Position numbers and translations under genes: made by a program. Below are positions 23,203 through 34,739 of a stretch of DNA of 64,000 bases, piece by piece (position 1 is the stretch's first letter; each line of letters opens with the position of its first letter). Origin of the DNA: Lama glama (taxonomy: Eukaryota); contig CM052817.1 of the NCBI GenBank assembly GCA_028534125.1, positions 40,178,001-40,242,000 of the forward strand. The letters are read 5' to 3'. The notes below the pieces were generated by a model that was given only the letters and a program-made list of their open reading frames with translations, did not search any database and was not told where the DNA came from.

Positions 23203-26200
23203 TTGTCTATACTCCATTTTCCTACTTTCTTCTGAAAGGCACCACTTTTCGCTAGCCTGGAATATAAAAGTTACTCTGCATTTCTCTATGTCAATCCCAG
23301 CCAAACTATAATATTTAGAAATGGGTGAGGAAAATAACTCGTGAAACTAATATAATGAAAATCACAGAACTATTCTTTCTGCACTCTTCTTTATCTTGAA
23401 GACAGATCTATAGGAAGCTATATGACTTTTATATATTTTAGTTTAAGCATTAAAGCACATAGTTCTTAGGAACTGAAACTGGTGGAAATTTTAATTTTCT
23501 CAGCTAATTGTTAAGGAAATAATACAGCCATATAATAAAACATAATTCTGAGATACTCTCTCAACCACTGTGAGAAGGAACACTGAATTGGAAAACCTGT
23601 ATTTACACTTCATTTTCTTTTTATCAACCACGTGGTATTAGATACATCTCTCAATCTGAAGCCTCCTCCAGGGCTGTAGTAAGAGTACATGAGGATACAT
23701 ACGTATTCAAATGCACTTCGTAAATGGTAAAGTAGTATCCAAAGTTTGTTCTTTCTTAGGAACAACTAATTCCACTTTGGGGAATTTTATTGTTCCAGGA
23801 GGATGATGCTAATTGACCAAGAGAGGATGTACAGGGAATTATTTTTCCAACAAAGATGAGACACATTTCTTTCTTTTCACTGGCTTCTTTTCATAACTGA
23901 TGGCACGTGTTTGTGAGACCAGTTTCCAGATTGGGTGTGGTCTCTAACCATTCAAGGAGCCAGCAAAAGTTGGCTAGTCCACCAAATTACATTACTAGCC
24001 TGATTCTCTGATGCAAAGCTTCCCAGCAGCAATGCCAGCAGGGTACTACTATCAATCCCCTTAAGCCCACGGGGTGGCCTGGGCTGCCTAGAGCCCTTGA
24101 GGTAGTCACATCAAGCCATCCCATACAGCTTTGTAGGTTTGCCCCCACGTATTAAACAAATATTTCCAATTGTAAAATGATGCAGAAACGATTGGTAAAT
24201 ACTGTAGTCCAACCAGCGTGACTAACTAGTTTGAGTTCTGTACAACATTAAATTGGTAGTAACAATTGATACTACTTTTCAAGCATTTACCTTGTGCTAT
24301 ATATATGTTTCAAAGGCTTAGTTTTAGTCTTAAAATACTCTGCAAGACATGTCTTCAACCTTTTACACAAGATGAAAGCAAAATCAGAGCCAAGTATAGC
24401 CACCAGGAAATAATCAACTGAAATTGGAATTCATGTTTCTCTAGTCTCAAGCCACCTCTGGTAGAAGAAATATCCCAAACATCATCTCATATACACAATA
24501 ATGAATTGGTTTACACTGTAAAACAGAATTCATTTTCTTCCTTCTGTTGACCACGCCTTTTTTACACTACTGGCAGGAATTTACCTTTGTCTCCCTACAC
24601 ATCAAATATTTTCCAGAAAAGCAGCTAACAAAACCTCTTCTATGGTAGGTACCTCTGGGGAGGGAGAGCAAGGATTGAGGGGCAAGGCTTTAACTATATC
24701 CATAACTTAAGTCTCTTCTGGCTGCTACTGTGTTTGAAATGATTCATAAATAGTTTTAAAAATAGAATTCATTACATTCAGGCAAAAATGCTTCCAAATG
24801 ATCATATGTATATTTCTTTGGTTATGAAGTAAGTTTCTTAATCTCTCTACATCAACAAAAAGAGAAATGAACCAAAGGGTCACTTAACATCTAACTTGCC
24901 AGTCTCACTTTGCATTTCGCCATTTATGCATTTGAGAGAGCACCAATATTCTCATAATAACAGTTTCCACACCTCTGAGTCATTTTGATTCAGGCTTTTC
25001 AACCAGAGCCTCTTGCTTATGTCCTTGCTGCTTCTTTCACAGCTCTGGTGATGATGCTGGGGAAGGTTTCAGAGGACATAATAATCTGAGCCAGAGCTGA
25101 AGTGTCAATAGAGTTTGCCATGCAGAGAGGGCCCACTTCAAGCAGATGCAGAAACACAGATAAAAAACAACTACTTGGATCTTCCTGGCTGATAAAGCAT
25201 TGAAAAATAGGTTAATTTGGAGGCTTGAGAGGGTTGAAAGGAGAATACAGAGGTAGCTGGGAGTGGTTACAGATGGCTGGGTAAGTAACTAGAGGTCAGA
25301 TCACAAAGGGTCTTGTACGCATTAGAATAAGCTTTGGGTCCAGCCTTCAGGTCAATGGCCACCACAGTAGTCTACACCCATCTACTGAGAGTAGAAGAAA
25401 TTATTAGAATTTATTTTTGTAATTAGTGCCCCATCTTCTATTTTTTGTGTTTCATAATATTGATCAGTACATCACATCATATATGAATTTATAAATTATT
25501 ATAAATCACTATGCTTATATCAAAGGAATGTACTCAAAATTTTTTATGGAAAGAGCACCACAATCAAATAGTTTGAAGATGGTGGCTTCAGTCAATGACA
25601 AGTTGACTAATTCTCTCCTTCTCATACTACCTTTTTGCTGAGCCTTTACTTCAAAAATACTACCTTGTCGCCAGCACTAACACCATGGTATTCTCTTTTT
25701 TCTGTCTATTCTTTCCTGCCTTCCTCACAACTTCCCAGATCTCAGAAGACAGACGATTCCTTCCCATTCACACACAGACCTGTGTTTAATTCTGCCAACA
25801 TGTACAATAATAGAAGTATGGAGTGGATGTAATTCAGGTTGGAAGAGAGGTGTATAAGGAAAGGCTTCACAGAGGAGCTTGGCCTATGTCTTTTAGGTAC
25901 TGAAGAGCTCAAGGGATTAAAATCCTTCCTTCAGGGAATGCCCCTGATAACATGTGCATTTTTAGAAAAATCATTTCCAGGAATCTAGAAAATGGAATGA
26001 ATGGGGAAGAAATCAGACTGGTGGAATCAGAGCAGACTATTGTAATTATTGCATTCCTTTTTTTTTAATTAAGCAGGTCTTACTTTGGTCCTTCATATAT
26101 AAAACAAATAAAAGCAATAAATGAGTTATTACCTATTTAAGGAAACTAGGAAGAAGGCACAGGAAAAACAGGGCAGCAAAAAGTTGAGGAAAAAATTCAT

Positions 26201-26587
26201 GTAAAGGGAGAGAACTAGGGAAAGAGTGTCAATGAAGTCAAGGGAGGTGAGAGTTTCAGGAAGTGGTCAATACGTTAAAAATTAACATACAAGGTAAAAG
26301 AGGTCAAGAGAAAGATTTAGAAGTGCTCAGTTAGATTTGGCAAGATTACTGGTGACCCTCAGTCAGTGCTATTTCATTACAGTGGTGACAGATACCTGGC
26401 TACAGTAGGTTGAAAAATCAACAGGACTTAAGGAAGCAGGTGTACGCTTCTGTTTTAAGGAACCTGGTTACAAAGGAAAGGAGAGTGGCAGGGTAGTGTA
26501 GAGGTGCACCTAGGCTCAAGAATTTGTGAGCATGCTCAGTGTCTTTAGATAATGAAGCAGTAGAGGGAGCAGTTTAAAATAAAAGAA

Positions 26588-26779
26588 CAGTTCTCAAGAA
26601 AACTAAAAATAGAACTACTATATGACCCAGCAATTCCATTCCTGAGTATGTATCTGAAAATACAAAAACTAATTCAAAAAGATAAATGCACCCCAAGGTT
26701 CAGAGCAGCATTATTTACAATAGTCAAGATATGGAAGCAACCTAAGTGCCAATGAACAGATGAATGGATAAAGATAAGG

Positions 26780-26829
<50 letters not shown>

Positions 26830-27250
26830 GGAATAGTACTCAACCATAAAAAAGAACAAAATTTTGTCATTTGCATCAACATGGATGGACTTGGAGAGCA
26901 TTATGCTAAGTGAAATCAGAGAAAGACAAATATTGCATGGTATCACTTACATGTTGAATCTAAAAAATATAACAAACTAGTGAATATAACAAAAAAGAAG
27001 CAGATTTACAGATATAGAGAAAAACTAGTGGTTACCAGTAGGAAGGCGGGGGGACAATTTAGGTGTAGGGGAGTGGAGGTACAAACTACAGGGTGTAAGA
27101 TAGGCTCAAGGATGTACTGTACAATGCAGGGAATGTAGCCAATATTTTGTAATAAATTTAATAGGGAATAATCTTTAAAATGGTATAATAAATCAATTTA
27201 AATAAATAAATAAGCTTTTCAAAAAAAAAAAAAGAAAAGAAAGAAAAGAA
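26588..27250 (+). mobile_element. LINE-1 3' end with A-rich tail, in THAP9 intron 1
   Basis: atatgacccagcaattcc, atggaagcaacctaagtgcc and atggatggacttggagagcattatgctaagtgaaat motifs; ends in (AATA)n and A/AAAAG tracts. Confidence 0.88.
26783..26826. repeat. (AC)22 microsatellite
   Basis: Perfect dinucleotide run read directly. Confidence 0.95.
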
Positions 27251-27923
27251 AGAGAGAAAAGGAATTAACTGATGGAAACAAATCCCAGAGAAGAAAGGGT
27301 ACAATTTAGGAAACAGCTTAGGTGGAGGAATCAGCCCTATTTAAAACAAGCAATACCACAAAAGGCCTACCATTCATAGTTGAAACTACTTAACCTCACA
27401 TGTTACATTTTTTTTTAGATAATTTGCCTTCAAGCTACTTATTCCACTCTTCTACATTATAGCTTCACTTTTCATCCCTTTACATTTTTCCATGCTATTT
27501 CTATTTAAATGCTATCCTCCTCCACCCCACTCCCCCACTTAGGTAAAGTTCAAGGTCCAACTCAAATACCACTTGTCCCCTACAGCTCTTTCTGATCTTT
27601 TCATAAATGTCCCTTGTCAGTGGTTTAACTCCCTACATCTCATACTGCCTTACTAGGCTACCACTTTTTAAAGTACTGTACACTTCTCTTCGTCTGTGAG
27701 GATCTGTTCTACCCACTTTTCTAGTTCTCATTGATTCCAATGACCTATACCAGACTGAACCACAGATGTGGGTTCAAATTAGATAGGTCTGAAAACATGC
27801 CCCACTCTTGAGCCAAATGATATTTTCTTGCCATGACTAGACACAGCCAGAATTGGACCAGGCTTGCAGAGCTCTGCTAAGAATACTGGACAACTGTCAC
27901 TACAGGAACTACAGATGAAAATC

Positions 27924-28566
27924 TGAAACCGAACAGGTCCCTGGGCGACCCTCCCGGGTACAAAAACCCCTCTGTGCCTCCTAGTTCTAGCCAAAAAAAA
28001 GCCTTTAGTCTCCTTGGTCTTCCTTGAGTTCCAAAGAGCAGACTCAAGCAATTACTAATTAGGGTCGTGAAGGAATGCAGGGAAAAAAAAAAAAAAAGGA
28101 AAAGCAGTTAACCCAGATAGCCTGAACAGTTCAGTGATAAAAACAGTCCCAGTTCCTCACGAGATATACATAACAATCCGATGGATATCTCTGAGTAGTT
28201 TTGCAAAAACTAAGACACCATCCATCCCCTGCCCCACCAAGGTGGAGGGTGGTGACTACCTGCTGACCACAAGCACCTAGACTCCACCGGTTGGAACCAG
28301 AAGGCTGATGACTGAGAGTCTCAAAATACCAACCTGATACCTCACCCTCAACCCACCAGAATAAAGTCTGCACCCTACAGCCCTCACCCCAAATACTGCT
28401 TTTTAAAAAACCCTAAAAGCCATCAAAAAGTTAAGGCCTTTTGAACACAGCCGCCCCCGCCCTTCCCCTCGCTTCGCGCCTTGCAGTCAACGTTAGATCT
28501 TCCTTCACCACAATTTGGAGTAAACTAGCTTTGCCGGGATGGAGAGCAGAGTTCAGTTCCGTATCA
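27924..28566 (+). mobile_element. ERV1-class solo LTR in THAP9 intron 1
   Basis: TGAAACCGAAC...GTTCCGTATCA imperfect inverted termini; near-TSD AATC/AATT; U5-like end (cttccttcaccacaa...gttcagttccgtatca). Confidence 0.65.
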
Positions 28567-28599
28567 AATTCATCTGTACTCATGCTCTGGAGCAAGCCA

Positions 28600-29440
28600 C
28601 GCACTCCAATAAAAGCTCACGCCTTCAACGGGTATTCTAAACTGCCTTTCCTTCTCCTAAGACGACCGACGCCTACCGCGTAAGTAACGCTAAAAGCTAC
28701 CGAGCAGGGGTAGGCAATGACAAAAAGACAGACAGGCGGAGGTAAAAAGAGCAGGACCTGAAGCAAGTACCCCACTCTCCAAGCGACCCGGTTCCCCGCC
28801 CTACCCCCGCGCTACGCACGCCACGCCACGTCACGTCACGTCGGGGCGACGCACGGCCCGGCCCCGCCCCACCCTGGCCTACAGCCCTTCTGGCCGTGCT
28901 GGGAGTTAGCGCTGAGGCTTCTCTCACGCACTGGTGGAAGGAGAGGCCTCGCTCCCGGCTCAGCACGGTGTCCCGGGTGCTGCAGCCCACAGCCGAGCAA
29001 CTTCGGGTCATCTTCTTGCTACGTGCAGCTCCACCGTCGGTATTCCCGCGACAGCATGAATCACGATAAAGTTAGCTCCGCCCGATGACTCGGCGGCTGC
29101 AACCTTTACTTGTTGGGAAAGGCGGGCTCTTAAAGCGCTCGGCTCCCACCCTTCCTCTCCATGGGCTCTGCGCTTGACGCCGTGGCCAATCACAGGCCGC
29201 GTCGTGTCACAGCAGCCAATCTGAAAGGCCAGGGGCATAAAGACGAGCACTTGGCCGCTCCTTCGTCTGTTCGAGGGTGGTTAGTGGATTTAGCTGTCGA
29301 AGACTCGTTTTCTTCCGCTGTGGTTAAATCCAGTGCCATCGCGCTTCTTGTGAGGCCCAGCCAGAGAATGCGAAGGGAGAGGCTGGACCAAAGTTGAGGC
29401 GAATCCAGAGGCATGCCGATGGGTCTCCGGGTGCGAGCTC
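28600..29440. promoter_or_regulatory. CpG island / bidirectional promoter of THAP9 (-) and the divergent non-coding host gene (+)
   Basis: CpG-dense; GC box GGCCCCGCCCC 28860-28870; CCAAT boxes at 29186 and 29216; TATA-like CATAAA 29236-29241 followed by a pyrimidine tract. Confidence 0.85.
28932..29011 (-). CDS. THAP9: THAP9 exon 1 coding part (THAP domain start)
   Basis: MTRSCSAVGCSTRDTVLSRERGLSFHQ; donor GTGCGT at 28931. Zn ligands are C5/C10 here and C62/H65 in exon 2. Exons sum to 80+196+304+151+1990 = 2721 nt. Confidence 0.96.
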
Positions 29441-30484
29441 AGAAAGTGACTGGAGGATGTAATGAGAGGGGTAGGAGGGAGAGGGATCAATGAGGCTCCC
29501 CAGAAATATGGAAGGCTAAGTTGGATCTAAAATAAATGGTTTACTGAGGGGCATGTCATTTCCTTGCATTTTATTTTGTAGTTCCCTGATGCAGAGATAA
29601 TGAATGTAGAAGCTAGTGGAATGGTTGACCATAGGTATGTGACCTCAGAGGAGCTTGAATAAGAATCTGATGTGAAGATACGTCGACTTTTAGTTGAACG
29701 AACGCTTTTCTGTAGGATCATTTGCTGCAGTGGAGGAATTAAGGAATTAAGGTAAGAAGGTCCTCGGGGCTCTGGGGAAGCGAACGATCTCGTGGGGACT
29801 GTCAACAGCAGTACTAGGAGGGGCGGGAGAGGGGCAACTAAACGGGTTTGGTTGGGATGTAGGGCATGGTGGTTAGCTTTCAGGAGTGAGAAGATCTTAG
29901 AACGAAGTCTTTGTTAAGCTCTTTATTTTTACAGTATGCGATTTCAGTTTTCATAGAAGAAACAAAATGGGGCCAAAGTAGATCATAGTTTCTGTTTTGT
30001 ATCTTTGTAGAGATCTATAGCATATGAAGTGGCATCTTTCCTGTTTGACGTTAGAGGCCCGTTATAGAAAACAAATGCTTGTAGCATTAATTTTTCTCTA
30101 GTTGGCAAGACTGATTCCAATATTTCCAAACAAGATCGTTCTTTCCCCCCTTTTTGTTTAGTTTATCCAGATTCCAGCCGCAAAGATTCATCTCAAGGTA
30201 TTATTTATTTACAGTTGCTTTCCATTATAATATGCTTGTGTCCTATGTGAATGAAATTAACATAGCTTTTGCTTATGTAGCTTTGTTAACAGTTACATGG
30301 CCTAAAGATAGTTCATGAATTTGGGGAAGATTGGTCCATGGGGGATGTGCAAGACGTAGGACCTGGATTTAAGTCACTGTCAGTTGATTAGACTGTTAGA
30401 AAGTTCCAGCACTCAACCAATTAAGACCTGAGTGAGGCTAAATAGAAATAAATACGTTTTTAATTAAAAATTGGTTGCTTTACT

Positions 30485-31185
30485 TTTTTGGTAATAGTTT
30501 TATTGAGCTATAACTCAAATAAATACCATACAGTTAATACATTTAAAGTGCACAATTCGATGGTTTTTAGTATATTCATGAGTTGTTCAACCATCACCAC
30601 AATCAATTTTTGAACATTTTCATTACCCCAGAAAGAAACCCCATTTTCATTAGTAGTCACTTATATTTTCCCTCCTCCAGCCTCTGGAAACCACTAATCT
30701 TTGTTTAGATTTGCCTGTTCTGGATACTTCATATAAATAGAATCAGAAACTAATGTATTATCTTTTGTGACTGGCTTCTTGCACTTGGAATATTTTTAAG
30801 GTTCATTCATGTCGTAGTATCAGTACTTCATTTTTTTATTGCCAAAAAATATTCCATTGTATGGGTATACCACATTTTATTTTATCAATTCATCAGTTGG
30901 TGGACATCTGAGTTGCTTCCATTTTGAGTGGCTGTTAGGAATAATGCTGCTATGAACATTACTGTACAAGTTTGTGTGTAGACATATGTTTTCATTCCTC
31001 TTGAGTATACACCTAAGGATGGAATTGTTGGGTCATATGCTAACTCTTATGTTTAACCTCTTAAGGAAATGCCAGACTTTTTCCAAAGTAGCTGTACCAT
31101 TTTACATTCCCACTAGCGGTGGATGAGGGTTCCAATTTCTCCACATTCTTGTAGATGTGAAAGTAATATCATTGTGACGGTTGCC
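30485..31185 (-). mobile_element. Old LINE-1 3' end (L1MB-like)
   Basis: tttattgagctataact, caaccatcaccacaatcaatttt, tattccattgtatgggtataccacatttt and aataatgctgctatgaacatt motifs. Confidence 0.85.
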
Positions 31186-32142
31186 TTTTTTTAAGGACTC
31201 AGTTTGCTAGAAGATGCTACTTGAGTGCAGAGACAATGTCTAAGATGAATTTGTCGTTCAACCCCTCATGCACAAATAGACACGTGTTTCTGCTATAATG
31301 TTATATGAATTCCTGAAAAAACCTCCTGTTCAGCAAAATTGTGCATTTGAAAGAAGCAGGACTTATACAGAAAATAGGGTTAGGGCTGACTACTCAAAAC
31401 TTACGCAATTTTATAATCTCTAAAATAAACAGTGATTGGTAGCTGGGAGGTATTCTTATGCCCTCCTACCACATTAAAGGTAACTTTAAATAGAGACTTA
31501 AAGTTACCGTTAAGGTGTATTAAAAGAGCAAGTTTGCTGGGTGCTAGGTATTACTGATGGAAATGGAGCCCTGGGCAAATGGACTGCTGTTAAGATAGTT
31601 GTTCACAGGTAGTGTAACCTGCTGAAAGCCTGGAGAGGGAGGTGGGTGCTGCTGGGCAGAGAGCCCCCGGTGCAGGCACTCATTTTTCATTTTCTTAAGA
31701 TAGAGCTCAAAGTACTCTTACTGCTGCCAGTTCAGCATCAGAGTCCAAAGAGGGCTTTTTTCCTTTATGCTGAATTGATTTCCAGATAATGTGGCTCTCA
31801 CATTATTTTGACAGCATTCTTCTAATTACAGATGAGTTGCAGAAAACTGCTATGCTGCAGAACAGATTTGCTTAAATATTGTAGACCTGCTAAACGAAAA
31901 TAACCAACTCAGTTTACAGAAGCCACAGTGGGTCGCTGCTCTGGGTATTCTTTAGTATGCTTCTGGATAGGGAAGTATGCAACCATTTATAAATGGAATC
32001 ATTCATTTTGAGTTGTGTTTATGTGTTTTTACACTTGCCTGTAAGTTTTACATGCTTTTTTGTTGCATTTGGTATCATTTTACTGATGACATTGAAGTTC
32101 CCAATTTAATCATTTGATTGTATCTGTTTCCTCCAATAACTT

Positions 32143-32221
32143 CATATCCAGTGATTAAACTTTTTCACTGCTGTTCACATAATGAACCGTTGTGATTATT
32201 GAATATGTAAATGAGGATATG
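32143..32221 (+). ncRNA. Box C/D snoRNA, copy 1 (SNORD143/144-like; predicted 28S rRNA Um2415 guide)
   Basis: Terminal stem CATATCC/GGATATG; C box GTGATTA 32151; guide ACTGCTGTTCACAT 32167-32180; D' ATGA 32182; C' GTGATTA 32192; D ATGA 32211; ends 76 nt upstream of a 3' splice site. Confidence 0.88.
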
Positions 32222-33003
32222 TAAGCTACATTAAAGATGTTTGTAAAAGGCATTGACCGTTGGACAAAGTAATTTAAAATAAAATATCTCTTTTCAGGGA
32301 TTATATTCTTGGAAATGTCAGAAGAAGATTCCTGGGTCTTGGAAGCCACTTACTCAAAGTATGCAGAGGAGGTAGTATATCCTTTTGTTTTAAATGTATT
32401 AAGTATTCCTGGAACAAAAGTAGTGAGTTGAAAGTGGAGGATTATTGAGTAAAAATGGATTTTATAAAGGCTTGGGTGAAATCTACTCTCCTGTTTGGTG
32501 GTATAGAATCTCATTCATTGGTCACCTGAAAAAAAAATAGTAACAGCTAAAACTTATTAAGTGGTTATATGTCAGGCTTTGTACTAAGTGTTTTATACAC
32601 ATATACAGTTTTTTTGTTTTTGTTTTAAACACTTCTTATTTCTCTCAACAACCCTATGAAAGTAAATAGACTTTTGCTTTCTAGGACTGGTATTGTCCTT
32701 ATTGAACACCTATCCTTTTGTCAGATTTTTTAGTCAGTTATACTAGGGCATTTATTTGTCATCTTGATAAGTAAAATGTGTTTCTAGTAACTGACTTACA
32801 TTCTTTCTAAATTTTTCATCCTATTAGTTCTTGGGGTTTTTTGTTTGTTTTGTTTTGTTGTTGTTTTTGCTTCAGAAAAGCCTTGAGGTTTTGAAATTAT
32901 TGGTGAATAAATGTGAAGACAGTTCTTAATCTGATCCTTTCCCAAGATTTCAGAACTTTTCAACTGATTCATAAGTTGTACATTTTACTTCTGGGATATG
33001 GTT

Positions 33004-33432
33004 TGTGACCTGGGTTATTTATTGCAATGTAACAAAAATTTGACAGTTTAAAACAAAAAACCTTTATCTTACAGTGGGCAGAGGAGGTAGAGGAGAGACA
33101 TCAGCTTCCAAACTGTCTCACTTGGCAAGCCTCAGTTCTTTGATGGCTGTTGGCTGAAGACGTCAGTTCTTCCTCACCATGTGAACCTCCCCATGGGCTG
33201 CCTGAGTATCCTTATAATATGACAGTTGGCTTTCCCAGAGGGAATGATCACAGAGAGAAAGGCCAAGATGGAAGCTTGTCTTTTAAAAGTTACTCTAGAA
33301 AGTGACCACTTCTGCCTTGCTTTATTGGTCACAGAGACTAATCCTGGTGCAGTATAGGTGGACACTATACAAAGGTATGAATACCAGGAGGTGGAGGATC
33401 ATTGGGGACCATCCTGGAGGTTGACAACCACA
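33004..33432 (-). mobile_element. MaLR solo LTR (MLT1-like)
   Basis: ctgcctgagtatcctt...gttggctttcccagag, cacttctgcc...tattggtcacag, ending ggaggttgacaaccaCA. Confidence 0.75.
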
Positions 33433-34663
33433 CTTTAATTAAAAACTTTTTAAAAAAATGTTTCAATGTATTAAGTCAAGAGAGTTGATATTTGATCCTT
33501 AAGTCAGTGATCCTTAAGTCAGATAATTAGAAGTATGAGAGCATTGTATCCAAACAAGTGCTCTGTTTTCTAAGGTACGTGTGGTTTCTTTCTTGCCTGT
33601 GTATATATAAACTATAAGTGGTGCTACATTCCTTTTGAGAGTTTTAAGAAAGTTCACTTTATAGTCAGAATACTCTACCTTAATGAAATACTATTTTTAT
33701 TGGACTCATATCCCCTTTCCCAATTCCCCCTAGGTGGAGGGGGTTAAGAGAAGCTGGTTGGAACTAGACTAGAAATTTTGTATCCCTTCCCCTATTACTT
33801 TACCTGAGGTGCAGATTGACTTGGAAAAGTTTGAAATTTCTGTTTTTGAAGGAATGTAGTCCAATTACTTACAGGCAGTTATACAAATATTTGACATAGG
33901 ATAGAGTAAAGGTGTAAATATGCAGCAGCAAAATGCAAGCAGTTGCCCTTTTTGCCAAAAGCTTGATTTTTATCCAGTGTGGCAAGTATGCTTTCTTTCC
34001 TTCCTGCTGCTTTCCCCTGCTCTGGGCTTCTGTTCCTTATTATATTGTATTTTAATTTTATTTTCAGGCATTGGGGGCGGCCAGCCAAGCCTAAGGCCAC
34101 CCCAACCAGCTGGGGAAGGCCTGCAAGGGGTGCTGGGCCTTGCCAGGAGCTCTTCTTTCCCTCTTAATGAGTGAAATAAAAACATTGTCAAGCAGTCAGG
34201 ATGTTCCTAATTGTCAGCATTCTGTTTAATGCCTGAGATTTGTAATCTTTTGAGTCTTTTCACATTATCACTGCTTATAAGTTCTTAGTAGAGATGACTC
34301 TCCCTCTTTTCCTTGAAAGTTTTAGTGCTTCTGATCACTGGAAATGTCGAATAACAGAAACATTACATATGAAGCAAGGCATAACCAGTTTTCAAATGTA
34401 TGGTTACCATTTCCATATCAGGTTTGATGTTAAGACAATACCTCCAAGTTAGCATAAGGTAATCTGTGCAAAGTAGATAAATGATATGCTTGAAATTTAT
34501 CTTTCTTATGAGTTTTTTCCAATGATAGTAAAATTGGAGGTCTTATCTGTTCTACATGAGAAAATTGAAATCTATAGAAATGTGCATTTATCTATATTTT
34601 AAAGGGGGCTAAGCAATAAAAACCTTGACTAGAACTTAAGTTGCAAATGAGAAAAAAGTATAA

Positions 34664-34739
34664 ATGTCCAATGATTAAACTTTTTCCACTGCTGTTCACA
34701 TCATGATTTGTTGTGATTAATGTATGTGGATGAGGACAT
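34664..34739 (+). ncRNA. Box C/D snoRNA, copy 2 (SNORD143/144-like; predicted 28S rRNA Um2415 guide)
   Basis: Terminal stem ATGTCC/GGACAT; C box ATGATTA 34671; identical guide 34688-34701; D' ATGA 34703; C' GTGATTA 34713; D ATGA 34730; ends 80 nt upstream of a 3' splice site. Confidence 0.88.

Noticed and set aside
11948..29011. THAP9 as an autonomous mobile P element
   Set aside because: No terminal inverted repeats or 8-bp TSD seen; it has long repeat-filled introns and conserved neighbours, so it is a host gene.
29930..30076. Possible H/ACA snoRNA (CTATAGC/GTTATAG hairpin followed by ACA at 30071, ~90 nt before an acceptor)
   Set aside because: No ANANNA H box before the hairpin, weak upper stem and no recognisable target; not supportable without a covariance-model search.
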